From Octopus bimaculoides (taxonomy: Eukaryota), in assembly GCF_001194135.2 (NCBI RefSeq), contig NC_068987.1, positions 4,237,815-4,272,104 of the forward strand: a stretch of DNA of 34,290 nt. The letters run 5' to 3'. The position numbers were made by a program, and so were the translations under genes. Under the pieces are notes generated by a model. That model saw nothing but the letters and a program-made list of their open reading frames with translations. It was not told the origin of the DNA and made no database searches. Below are positions 10,136-21,401 of the stretch, piece after piece; the first letter of the stretch is position 1; every line of letters begins with the position of its first letter.

Positions 10136-10298
10136 ACGATGGGTTTCTATCGGTTTCTGCCTACCAAATCCACTCATAAACCTTTCTTCGGCCTCACTCT
10201 ATAGCAGTAAAACACTTGCCCAAGATGCCACGCAATAGAATTGAACCCGGGATCATGTGGATGGCAAGCAAATGTCTTAGAACACAACCACGCCTTCA
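10136..10298 (-). mobile_element. SINE family B 5' half
   Basis: ctaccaaatccactca...cacttgcccaagatgccacgc...ttgaacccggga...accacgccttc. Confidence 0.8.
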
Positions 10299-10740
10299 CC
10301 TATATTTATTTATTATAACTTTGATTTGATGGGGGAGGAATGGGGGAAGCAAAATATATGATTTGACTTTAACGATTCTATTGTAAGGTATTTTGAAGAA
10401 ACGCTAAAACTAAACAATGTTTCTGAATGCATTCTTGAATGTGAGAGCAGAGAGCTCTTGTGCAAAGAATTCTTCAAAAGCTGATGGAGTATAAAGTTTC
10501 TGATCATTTTATGGTGCGCTTGCTGTTTAGTCCAAGATCTGTCCGGATTAGGGAGAGATATGATCAAGTGTTCCACTTGTAGTCTTCCTATTCTTTTGTA
10601 TATCAAATATTAGTTTTCCTGTGTATCCTTGAGTATTTCAGAAAGCGGGGCGTGGTTTTAAGGAGATTTCGCTGCTATTTCTTCAATGCTTCGTGAATTA
10701 ATTATATTGTATCATAAAAAAAGAACTCAAAATATGTAAC

Positions 10741-11210
10741 GCAGACAAGGTTGCGTGGTTAAGAAGCTAACTTTGCAGCCACATATGGTTTGGGGTTCAG
10801 TCCCTTTGTGCGGCACCTTGGACAAATATTTCCTACTATAACCTCAGACCAACCGAACCCTCGTGAGTTAATTTGCTAGACGGAAGCAGTGTGGGAACCC
10901 TTCTCTCTCTCTCTTTCTCACCCTCTCTCTTTCTCCCCCTCTCTCTCTTTCTCGCCCTCTCTCTTTTTCTCACTCTCCCTCAATGTGTGTGTGACTGTTT
11001 GTCCGCCACCATCGCTGGACAACTGGGGTAAGCTTGTTTACGTCCCCGTAACTTAGCAGTTTGATAAAAGACAGACCAACAGAATAACCACCAGACTTTA
11101 AAATAGAAGCGAGAATAGACCCCTAGAGGTGCAGTGGGCGATTTCTTTGACAAAGCCCTTCAAAGTGGTGCTCTAGCATGGCCGCAGTCCAATAACTGAA
11201 GCAAATAAAA
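10741..11210 (+). mobile_element. SINE family B, full length, with (CT)n internal tract
   Basis: Head with ggttcagtccc and ggcaccttggacaa, a (CT)n tract at ~10890-10980 and tail gcatggccgcagtccaataactgaagcaaataaaa. Confidence 0.8.
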
Positions 11211-11455
11211 AATTTTAAAAAATAAGTGATAGCAAAAGATTGATGCTGCCATCTTAAAAAATATCTCAGCTGAATTTTTTGTTTCTCTGAGGTTTTTTTT
11301 TTTTTTTTCTGGCTTCTTGTGTTTCTGAAACACTCGACGGCAAAACCAACCAATTAACTTGCGTTGTAGCTGTAATCGCATTAAAGTTTCTGATGAGATG
11401 CGTTTCGTATTTATTTCGTTATCTATTAACAAGTCATACATATTCTTGAAATTCT

Positions 11456-11496
<41 letters not shown>

Positions 11497-11498
11497 TG

Positions 11499-11590
11499 TC
11501 TTTTATTGTCTACTTTTTTCAGTCATTGGACTGCAGCCATTCTGGCGCTCCACTTTGAAGTGTTTAGCCGAATAATCGGCCGGCAGTACA
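11499..11590 (-). mobile_element. SINE family B 3' end fragment
   Basis: tttcagtcattggactgcagccattctggcgctccactttgaag. Confidence 0.7.
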
Positions 11591-11737
11591 TTATATATAT
11601 ATACTTATCAAGTATATTCTCTCACCTCTGCCACTATCTGGTATATACAGGTGCTTACACTTATCAAGTATTACCTCTAAACTTACAGTATATATATAGA
11701 TAAATAGAAGGAGTTTTATCCTTTTTTTAAATTTATT

Positions 11738-12115
11738 ATGGGCTGTGTGGTTAAGAAGCTCACTTTTCAACCATGTGGTTTTAGGTTCAGTCCCACAGCA
11801 CAACACCTTGTACTATAAGTATAGCCAAGGGCAAACCAATGTCTTGTGAGTGAATTTGATAGCTAGAAACTGCATAGAAGCCCGTCGTGTGTGTGTCTAT
11901 GTATGCGTGAGTATGTTAATGTTTGTCTCCCTTTCGACCGTCTGACAACCGGCGTTGGTGTATCTACGTCCCCAAAAACCTAGCAGTTCGGCAAAAGGGA
12001 CCGATAGAATAATTACCAGACTTTAAAAAATTAACTGTGCTCGATTTGTTCGATTAAAATCCTTCAAGGCGGTGCTCCAGCATGGCCGCAATCGAACGAC
12101 TGAAATAGACAAAAG
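11738..12115 (+). mobile_element. SINE family B, full length
   Basis: Head, gaagcccgtcg, short TG tract and tail ggcggtgctccagcatggccgc. Confidence 0.85.
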
Positions 12116-12326
12116 GTAATGAGATTCAATAAAACGTGATCACTTTTACATCCAGGATTGGTTATTATTAAACTAGTCAAGCTGCTTTTAAATGCAGGCC
12201 ATGTGAAATAAATTAATTAGCGACTTTTATTATTCGTTTATTGACTTTAATCATTTTTATATTTACATAAAATGCGATCCTGTTTTTTTTTTTTTACTGA
12301 AGCTTTTTACTTACCAGGAGCAGCAC

Positions 12327-12600
12327 GATATTTTCCTGCCAGATTTGTAGCTCCTCCCGCCCCCGATGCCAGAATTGCGACGGTTTTGCTGCCAGATTTG
12401 TAGCCCCACCCCACCCCGAACCAGAATTGTAACTGTTTTGCTGCCAGACTTGTAGCTCTTTCCTGGGAAGAATTGTGACTTCTTCCTAGCAAGATTTGTG
12501 AGTTTTTTCCTTGATAAGAACTGTGATATTTTCCTAGCCAAAATGGGTTTTTTCCTAGCCAGAAATGTATTTTCTTTTTCTTGCCAAATTGTGACTTTTT
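12327..12600. repeat. Degenerate ~23-bp minisatellite
   Basis: About 11 units of tttt(c/g)ct(a)gccaga(a/t)ttgt spaced 21-30 bp apart. Confidence 0.75.
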
Positions 12601-12985
12601 CAAACCTGCAATATAACTTGTTACACCATGATTCCACCCCACTTCCTACTCAATGTCACTTACTGGCAAAATAAACGCCTGCGTAGTGATTTCAGATTGC
12701 TCCCCACCACACACACATACCACGACCACCACCATTCTGCTTTGAATTGAAATGGCAATCAGAATATGATGAAATCGATTTAAGATTTCCCCTTATGGTT
12801 TCAGGTTCCCCACACTCTCCTTCCCCAAATGTTCGCCCTCCTAGTGGCGAATAAAAGAATTATAATTATTTTTATTATTATCATCATTATAATTATATAT
12901 TTTTGTAACTTAAAATTATAATTACGAATAAGAATAATTAAATGCACAAATACTTGAGAGATTTCTGTCAAGGGAGACCATGGGC

Positions 12986-13070
<85 letters not shown>

Positions 13071-14037
13071 NNNNNNNNNNNNNNNNNNNNNNNNNNNNNN
13101 NNNNNNNNNNNNNNNNNNNNNNNNNNNNNNNNNNNNNNNNNNNNNNNNNNNNNNNNNNNNNNNNNNNNNNNNNNNNNNNNNNNNNNNNNNNNNNNNNNNN
13201 NNNNNNNNNNNNNNNNNNNNNNNNNNNNNNNNNNNNNNNNNNNNNNNNNNNNNNNNNNNNNNNNNNNNNNNNNNNNNNNNNNNNNNNNNNNNNNNNNNNN
13301 NNNNNNNNNNNNNNNNNNNNNNNNNNNNNNNNNNNNNNNNNNNNNNNNNNNNNNNNNNNNNNNNNNNNNNNNNNNNNNNNNNNNNNNNNNNNNNNNNNNN
13401 NNNNNNNNNNNNNNNNNNNNNNNNNNNNNNNNNNNNNNNNNNNNNNNNNNNNNNNNNNNNNNNNNNNNNNNNNNNNNNNNNNNNNNNNNNNNNNNNNNNN
13501 NNNNNNNNNNNNNNNNNNNNNNNNNNNNNNNNNNNNNNNNNNNNNNNNNNNNNNNNNNNNNNNNNNNNNNNNNNNNNNNNNNNNNNNNNNCTTCCAAATG
13601 CAAACAAAATATATATTTACACACTTAAAAATACAAGCGAACCGTATTAATGGAAATAAATAAGTAGATAAATCAATAAATAAATAAATATACTACTACG
13701 GTTGTAAATCTTCTAATCCAAACCAGTTTCTCAAAAAAAAAAAGTTTTAATTTTAAAAACATGCAGACTTAGAATGTCTGTTGTCCAAAATCTTATTTAA
13801 ATGCATCATTAAAATGTTGGGGGATATTTAAAAATTCAATTTTTTTTTTTTTTTTAAATTACACATTTTAAGATGTTTTCATTCGTGAATGCTACGGGTG
13901 CCGTTCAATGCTATAAACGCATTGTGGTGAGGGAGATTCTGATTGAGTAGCATGTTGGTGGCGGTGGCGGCTGGTTGGTTGTTGGTGTGTGTTGTTTTGT
14001 AGAAGACCATCGTCGTGTGGTTCTAGCTGGCGGGGCG

Positions 14038-14852
14038 TGTATAATAAAGGAAGCAACTCATGAACTTTTAACATATTTATTGCCGGACATGATTTACAGC
14101 GTTGGCTGTTTATAAAAGAAAGATGCTGATAATATATAACCGCCGACTGGAAGGAGAGAACCGCACTGTGTCTTGTTAAAAGCTAGCTGTGGTACATCAG
14201 GTGTGGGTCTCCGAAATCGTTTCTTGCTCGAGGTGGTCTGTCCGAGTGCTCGAGGTGGTCTGTCCGAGTGCTCGAGGTGGTCTGATCTTGTCGGTCTACC
14301 TTCAGCGGGTACCCAAGATGGTTCATGCGAATCCCCGAAAGCGTCTGTTTTTATAGGGTGAAAAGCAGGCGAATCTTAGATCCAAAACAGTTTCACGCTG
14401 ATTGAGTGATTTATAGACAAATCACGTGAAACTGTGGCGGCTCACTCGTGACCCCTAACTGAATATCTTGCAGTTGGGGTTCGAATTCTTAAAGTATCAC
14501 GAGTTAGAAGCGTTAGAATTTATCACTTTATTGAAATTAGGGAGAAGATAATGTGAATTGTGCAGAAATAATTTGAAATCGATTTCGGATTATTGATCGC
14601 TAACTTGAAGTTTTTACCCCGGAGAGGAAGGAAGTTAATGTAGTTGGTATTTTTACAGTAAATGAGGGGGAGAAGGTTAGGGTGCAAGTGAAGTGATCAT
14701 GGGATCGAGTGAAGGTTGGCTGTGATGGATCTGAAAGAGTTGCGGAGCAATAAATCATCTGCAAGCGTGAATCAGTCGTTTATATCGATCCTACTGAGGG
14801 GCAATTGTCTGTTCTTAGCCTATAACCTTAAACCTGTATACGTATATATACA
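14038..14852 (-). mobile_element. Possible solo LTR or other unclassified repeat
   Basis: Bounded by TGTATA...TATACA. The minus strand has a TATA-like ctataaaa and AATAAA near the terminal ACA. No TSD, PBS or clear PPT. Confidence 0.3.
14225..14284. repeat. Perfect 22-bp tandem repeat, 2.7 copies
   Basis: tgctcgaggtggtctgtccgag twice, plus tgctcgaggtggtctg. Confidence 0.95.
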
Positions 14853-15052
14853 TTTAGTACCCTACTACCTGGTATATCATACCCTAAAAGAATTACAAAT
14901 AATGTCAACTTTCGTGGGATTTAAAAAATCTAAGTGCAGATTCGTTATACGACAGTAGAACCTCGATTTTCGAACAACTCGGATCTCGAATAAATCGTAC
15001 TTTATCTCCGGTTCACAAGGCAGTCACAACGTCCCCAGTGATCGATTGCTAA

Positions 15053-15126
15053 ATTATTTTATCGACTCCCGAAAGGGTATAAAGGCAAAGTCGACCTTGC
15101 CGGAATTTGAACTCAGAACGTAAAAA
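15053..15126 (-). mobile_element. SINE family A fragment
   Basis: ttttatcgactcccgaaagg...aaaggcaaagtcgacc...ggaatttgaactcagaacg is the reverse complement of the B box plus central domain. Confidence 0.8.
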
Positions 15127-15128
15127 CT

Positions 15129-15163
<35 letters not shown>

Positions 15164-15175
15164 CGAGATCTGAAA

Positions 15176-15209
<34 letters not shown>

Positions 15210-15268
15210 TTTATTGTTTTCTCCCAGCATTTAATGACACATTTTCCACTATATATATGTGTATATAT

Positions 15269-15314
<46 letters not shown>

Positions 15315-15519
15315 GTATGTATGTATGTATGTATATATAATGTATATGTATATTCTATTCACAGTGTCACGCTCGTATCGGCCGCCATATTTTCTTCTCC
15401 AGTATAGACACATTAGAGACAAAAATAGAAAACTAATTACACAGATTTCTATTCATTGCCCTTCATTTAGAAACCTAATTTCTTTTCTCCCCCTTTTTCT
15501 CTTCCTTCTCTCTTAACCC

Positions 15520-15641
15520 AAATCACCCTTCTTTCTTTTTTTATTACTTTCTTCTTTCATTCCCCTCTTCTTCTCTTCCTCCTACCTTCTCTTCCCATTT
15601 CTCTCCACCTCCCCTTCTTCCGCCTCTTCCCCTTCCACATT

Positions 15642-15677
<36 letters not shown>

Positions 15678-15860
15678 CTTCTTCTTCTTCTTCTTCTTCT
15701 TCTTCTTCTTCTTCTTCTTCTTCTTCTTCTTCTTCTTCTTCTTCTTCTTCCTTTTCTCATCTCTTTCTCATCTTCTTCGCTGCCTTCTACAACTACCAGC
15801 ACCAGCACCACCACCACCATCACTACTACTGCTACTACTACTACTACTTACTGCATCATA
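15520..15860. repeat. Pyrimidine-rich region with (TTG)n(TTC)n and (CAC)n/(CTA)n
   Basis: Direct reading. Confidence 0.95.
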
Positions 15861-16127
15861 ATGAGTCACCAGGTGTCCTCCTCCTACAACCTGTTTGACA
15901 CAGTAAGCCAAGTAAATGGAAAGGTGACCACAAACAATGGATGTCCAGTGCTCAGTGAGGTCAGCGAAAATATATGAGATGAATGATTCAACAAGTGACT
16001 CCTCGGTGGAGAAGGAATTGGGCCTCGTCGTTCAATCTGAACTCTCTTAATATAAGCACACACACACACACACACGCGCATACATACACACTTATACACC
16101 CACACACACATACACACGCACACGCAC

Positions 16128-16158
<31 letters not shown>

Positions 16159-17447
16159 ACAAACACACGCACACACACACACACACACTTACACGTTGTT
16201 TAGTTGTAAGGGTATTCGGCTCAGGACCGATTTCTGGCGGCGTGTTGTGTCCATTAAGTAAAAGAGTGGGCTTATTATTCGGAGATAAGAGGACAGTGGT
16301 GGGCACGTGTTTCTGTTTCAATCGGCGTCATCAGCACAGCAATTGTCCGACCTTACCGCCTGTTGCCAAGAGTAGAACATATTGATGGCCGAGGTAATTT
16401 GTATAATTTGAACAAAAACGTTTTAGAAATAAGTCAGAGTGGCCACTGGCTTCTATTTGAAGAACAAAGACAAATGTAGGTCTATCAAATGCTATACAAC
16501 ATAAATTCTTGATTTATTAGAATTATCTCCGTCTTTCGAAGATGTATCATAGTTACAAAAACCAGCTCCACTTGAGAAGGGGAGATAATCTAAAGAGTCA
16601 AGAATTCTCCAGTGTTGAGATGCCATTAAGGAAAAAGACAGTCTTATCTCTAGTAACCAACGGACTTAAACAAAAAAGAGTACAACACGTGGCCTTCGAA
16701 ATCCCAAATCAGCCTTAATGGAGTAAATTTATAGTAAAAAAAATTCCAGTCGTGATCATCCCATCGATTTTTCTTTTGATGAAACGTTGTATATCTGAGA
16801 CTATCCAACGTATCCTATACTGCTTTAAAAAAAAAAGTTGCCTCATTGGAATAAAAAATAAGATGAGAATTGTAGTTGATGATGTCTAACGCACAATATC
16901 TGCTTTCTTTATCTTCCATTTGTCTGAACTGAACTATGGAATTAGTCAAATATGTAAAAAACAAAAAAACTTGTTGACACGTTAATCTAATTTTATTTCA
17001 TTTAAAATTCCGTGAACTTTACCGGAATTATGCATCACACATCAGATTAGCAGTTGATTATTCGGTCACACAAAGACGAGAGAATATGAGTCTTCGGCTG
17101 TCAATCTGAAAAATCCGCAATTATGTTTGGAATAAGCCGTACAATAATGGCTGCTGCATTGACGTTCCGTCTTCAGCATAGGCTAGTAATCTTTTCATTT
17201 GGTTGACACCGTTAATACCTTCGGGGAAGACACAGAGATATAGTTTGTTTATTTATTTTTGCCTTTTTCACAAGTATGAATTCTCATTATAGGATACCTC
17301 TGATTATATCCTGCAGAAATTCGGAGAAATAAACGAGAAAACACTTAATATATGGTGACCACGATTGCTTTAATCAATCAAGACTATAGAAACAGCTTCG
17401 ATGTGAACATCGATCAATGATGCACTTAAATAAAACCAGCAAATTAG

Positions 17448-17797
17448 TGCAGGCGTAGTTGTGTGGTAAGAAGCTTACTTTCCACTCACATAATTCCGAG
17501 TTCAGTCTCACTGCCTAGTTCCTTGGGCTAGTGTCTTCTGCTGTCACCAAAGCCTTGTGAGTGGATTTGGTAGGCAGACAGGAACTGAAAGAAGCCCGTC
17601 ATATATTTGCCAGCTGGACCGATGAAATCTACAAGGTTTTTTCACTCTCTCTCTGTTTATTTTCTCTTATTCATTTCTGTTAAAGAGCATAGGCTCGAAA
17701 CATGAAAGACTTTTTCATTTTTCCCAAGTGTCAAACTAATACACTTGCTTGTTGTTCATACACCTGTCTTCGTCTTTTGCTTTTCTATAAAATTTCA

Positions 17798-17833
<36 letters not shown>

Positions 17834-18058
17834 ATAGTGGTACAACAATGCACCAATATGTATATATATATATGTTACATTATATTATATGCGTGTGTGT
17901 GTGAATGTTTGACCCCTACCATAGCTTGACAACCAGTGTTGATGTGTTTACGTCCCCATAACATTAGCTGTCCGGTAAAAGAGACCGATAGAATAAATAC
18001 CAGACTAAAAAAATATATATATAAGTACTGAGGTCGATTTGATCAACTAAAAATTCTT
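17448..18058 (+). mobile_element. SINE family B split by a family D insertion in its internal microsatellite
   Basis: 5' half at 17448-17605 ends gaagcccgtcatatat; 3' half resumes at ~17900 (tttgacccctaccatagcttgacaacc). Confidence 0.8.
17607..17800 (+). mobile_element. Family D: non-autonomous Penelope-like fragment inserted in (TA)n
   Basis: Contains GAGC-atag-GCTC-GAAAC (17685-17701). Homologous to 24855-24936 (-) and to part of 20031-20174. Confidence 0.6.
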
Positions 18059-18060
18059 GC

Positions 18061-18097
18061 TAAACAAGCTACTTACCACACAGCCACTCCTGCGCCA
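18061..18097 (-). mobile_element. SINE family B head fragment
   Basis: aagctacttaccacacagccactcctgcgcc is the reverse complement of the B 5' terminus. Confidence 0.75.
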
Positions 18098-18699
18098 CGA
18101 TGTAGGGTCCAACCCGAGACAATCTGGTTGCAAATCGAGTTTTCTTTTCAAACAACCATGTTTGCGTTAATGACATCTAGTAATATACTCTACAGATGAG
18201 ATCCAGAGATTCTCCATATGGAAGACACTTAATGCTCAAAAGATTCAAACTTAGACACCAATGTGAATCAAAAGGTAAAGAAAGGCTGTGAAAGGGATCA
18301 AATCGTGCGGAGATAGAGGCAATTAGGCGGATAAACAAATTAGACTCATCAGATATATTAAATATATTAAATACATCGAATACAGAATATGTTTGTCGGC
18401 GAGCAACGGACGTAAAATTGGGTCTACGATTTGATTTTGAATCTGATTTGTCGCTATTTCGCTTGATTCCATTTCATTTCACATCATTACGTCTCTTCAG
18501 AGACACATAAACGCTATACTTTCTCATTTGCTCTTCTCCTTGGAGATCTCTGATATCGATTTAAGACTGTCAAAGAAAGAATCTAATGATTAATACACAG
18601 AAATCAATATATATGTTGCTAATTGTCTTTTTTGTAGGATTAAGGTGGAGTGGTTATCCAAAGGAAGGCAAAAACCACATAGCAATGGGTATTCTGTAT

Positions 18700-18780
18700 C
18701 AGTGGTTCTCAACTAGGGCCCATATGTCTGTTGGGAGTCCTTATGAGATTTTATGGTTAAAGTTTATATCCAATAAATCG
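18700..18780 (+). mobile_element. Possible hAT-type MITE left end (single TIR)
   Basis: cagtggttctcaactaggg resembles Charlie/hAT termini; no matching right TIR was found. Confidence 0.45.
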
Positions 18781-19541
18781 GTTTCTTCAAAAGACATGAT
18801 CAGTCCTTTAGTAACACCATCAAACATAGCAGTAAAGTTGACCGATACAGATCGAAGTGTATGATAACTAAGAGATCGATGTATTGTGTATTTAGTACGA
18901 ATTACATCACAGTCAACTTAGCCTTTCGTTTCAAAGAAATCGATAAAATAATTATAAAATGAAAGTTGCTCGATTGTAACCTAATTCTTTGACAAAATTT
19001 ATTTCTCCTTGACAGGGCGCGCGTGCACACACACATACACGCGCGCGCAAATTTCTCTCCCCTTCCATATCTTCTCTCTCCCACTCTCTCCTTCTCTCTC
19101 TCCCCCTCTCTCTTTGTTTCTGTCTCTCTCTCACTCTCGCCAACACACATACATATACAGATGTCGTGTGAAAGTGAGTCACATAAAATCTCCAACGTTT
19201 CCTTTTAACAATAATTTTTGGGAGGGGGTTCCCCCCAGAATATCACGTCCGGACAACAAAGTGCTACTTAAAAAAGATTTCAGTTTAAAAATATTCTTTT
19301 TATTTTATATTTACACGACTGTTTCACGTTCTTGAAATTTACCAAAAGATTTTAAACAAACGATCATAAATTCCCTTCACGCCTTCCCGACACATTTAGT
19401 CAAACATGCGCACCTATGCAAGTGTTCATGTGAACGAAAGGGGGAAAAATAGCTCTGTCTGCAGCCTATTTGCAGCAGAACATTAGAGTGTTTTCTAGAC
19501 TGAGACAGTGATCGAATCCAAGGTAATGTTTCCGGCCACAG

Positions 19542-19758
19542 AAGGTGGCGAGCTGGCAGAAACGTTAGCACGCCGAGCGAAACGCTTAGTGGTATTTCGT
19601 CTTTCTTTACGTTCTGAGTTCAAATTCCGCCGAGGTCGACTTTGCCTTTCATCCTTTCGGCGTCGATAAATTAAGTACCAGTTGCGTACTGGAGTCGGTT
19701 TAATTGACAGGCCCCCTCCCCCAAAATTTCGGGCCTTGTACCTAGAGTAGAAAAGAAT
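19542..19758 (+). mobile_element. SINE family A (A1 tail) joined to an antisense family F segment
   Basis: Full head-to-tail match; ends gggccttgtacctagagtagaaaagaat. Confidence 0.9.
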
Positions 19759-19879
19759 TTCTACCTGGGTCATAGAACTGTTTGGAGAAGTATAAAATTA
19801 CTTATATTCCTGTGTTATTTAGTAAAACCGATTCGAAGAGTAAAGTGAGTCTGCTGAGAAGAATGAGGAATCTAACGTT
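19759..19879 (-). mobile_element. Family F fragment (antisense to adjacent SINE A)
   Basis: About 120 bp with roughly 8 differences from 28586-28707. Reverse complement is homologous to 29334-29405. Confidence 0.75.
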
Positions 19880-19986
19880 GGCTACCGAATAATTGTCACA
19901 TATTATATTTACAGATAAATTCCTCTATTTACATAATATCGAGGTCGCTTTCATTCTTTTGTTGTCTTGCCATTACTATCAATATG

Positions 19987-20022
<36 letters not shown>

Positions 20023-20030
20023 GTATGTAT

Positions 20031-20174
20031 ATAAATGTAACATCGTGGATATCGTTGACGAATTTTTTCTTCCTCTGTCTTTCCCTTCTTTGGAGTTTCT
20101 TTGTTTCCGACGAAGAGCTCTGCTCGAAACGTCAAATTCTCTTTCTTTCCTTTCCCGAGCACAATCTGTATCAC
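20031..20174 (+). mobile_element. Family D-like fragment with hammerhead-like core
   Basis: CCGACGA-a-GAGC-tct-GCTC-GAAAC-GTC at 20107-20133, followed by tttcccgagc as in the other D copies. Confidence 0.6.
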
Positions 20175-20332
20175 NNNNNNNNNNNNNNNNNNNNNNNNNN
20201 NNNNNNNNNNNNNNNNNNNNNNNTTGGCTACCGAATAATTGTCACATATTATATTTACAGATAAATTCCTCTATTTACATAATATCGAGGTCGCTTTCAT
20301 TCTTTTGTTGTCTTGCCATTACTATCAATATG

Positions 20333-20364
<32 letters not shown>

Positions 20365-20371
20365 TATTATT

Positions 20372-20402
<31 letters not shown>

Positions 20403-20453
20403 GCAAGTATATATGTATATATGTGTGTGTATGTGTGTGTGTGTGTGTGCGTG

Positions 20454-20482
<29 letters not shown>

Positions 20483-20484
<2 letters not shown>

Positions 20485-20665
20485 CTTTGTGTTTGTCCCT
20501 CATCATCGCTTGACAACCGGTACTGTTTTGTTTATATTCTCGTTACTTAGCAGTTCGGCTCAAGAGACGATTAAATTTAAGTACCAGACCTTAAAAACGT
20601 CTGGTTCAAGCTGGTGCTCCAGCATGGCCTCAGTTCAATGACAGAAACAAGTAAAAGATAAAAAG
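20483..20665 (+). mobile_element. SINE family B 3' half
   Basis: tgtgtttgtccctcatcatcgcttgacaaccgg...acagaaacaagtaaaagataaaaag. Confidence 0.8.
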
Positions 20666-20774
20666 ATTAATCATTTGCGGCAATAATAATCTTTTGATCC
20701 AGTTTAAGCGTTCGATAAAACACTCTCACGATTACCATAGTAAACATCTCTGTTGTCAGAGACGTAAGCAGATA

Positions 20775-21366
20775 GGCGCATGCGTGGCTGTGTGGTAAGA
20801 AGCTTGCTTCTTAGCCACATAGTTTCGGGTTCAGTCCCACTGCTTGGCACCGAGGGCGAGTGTTTTCTACTGTGGCCTCGGGCCGACCAAAATCCTGTGA
20901 GTGGATTTGGCTGACGGAAACTGAAAGAAGCTCGTCGTATTTTTTTATTCTTTTACTTATTTCAGTTATTTGACTGCTGCCATGCTGGAGCACCATCTTT
21001 AGTCGAGCAAATAGTCCCCAGGACTTATTCTTTGTAAACTTAGTACTTATTCTTTTGGCGAACCGCTAGGTTACGGTGACGTAAACACACCTGCATAGGT
21101 TGTCAAGCGATTTTGGGAGGGGGAGACAAACACACACACACAAACATACACGCACCCACATGCATATATATATATATATATATATATATACGAGGGGCTT
21201 CTTTCAGTTTCCGTCTACCAAATCCACTCACAAGGCTTTGGTCGGCTCGAGGCTATAGAAGAAGACACTTGCCCAAGGTACCACGCAGTGGGACTGAACC
21301 CAGAACCGTGTGGTTGGTAAGCGAGCTACTTACCACACAGCCACTCCTGTGCCTGTATTTATCTAT

Positions 21367-21401
<35 letters not shown>

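Noticed and set aside
11388-11410. ctgatgagatgcgtttcg as a hammerhead
   Set aside because: CTGATGA is followed by the reverse complement of CGAAAC rather than GAAA; the order is wrong on both strands.
12327-14284. CRISPR-like arrays (minisatellite, 22-bp repeat)
   Set aside because: No unique spacers, no cas genes, and the context is eukaryotic.
18196-18274. cag|ATGAGATCC...AAG|gtaaag exon-like segment
   Set aside because: Weak polypyrimidine tract and an unrecognisable peptide.
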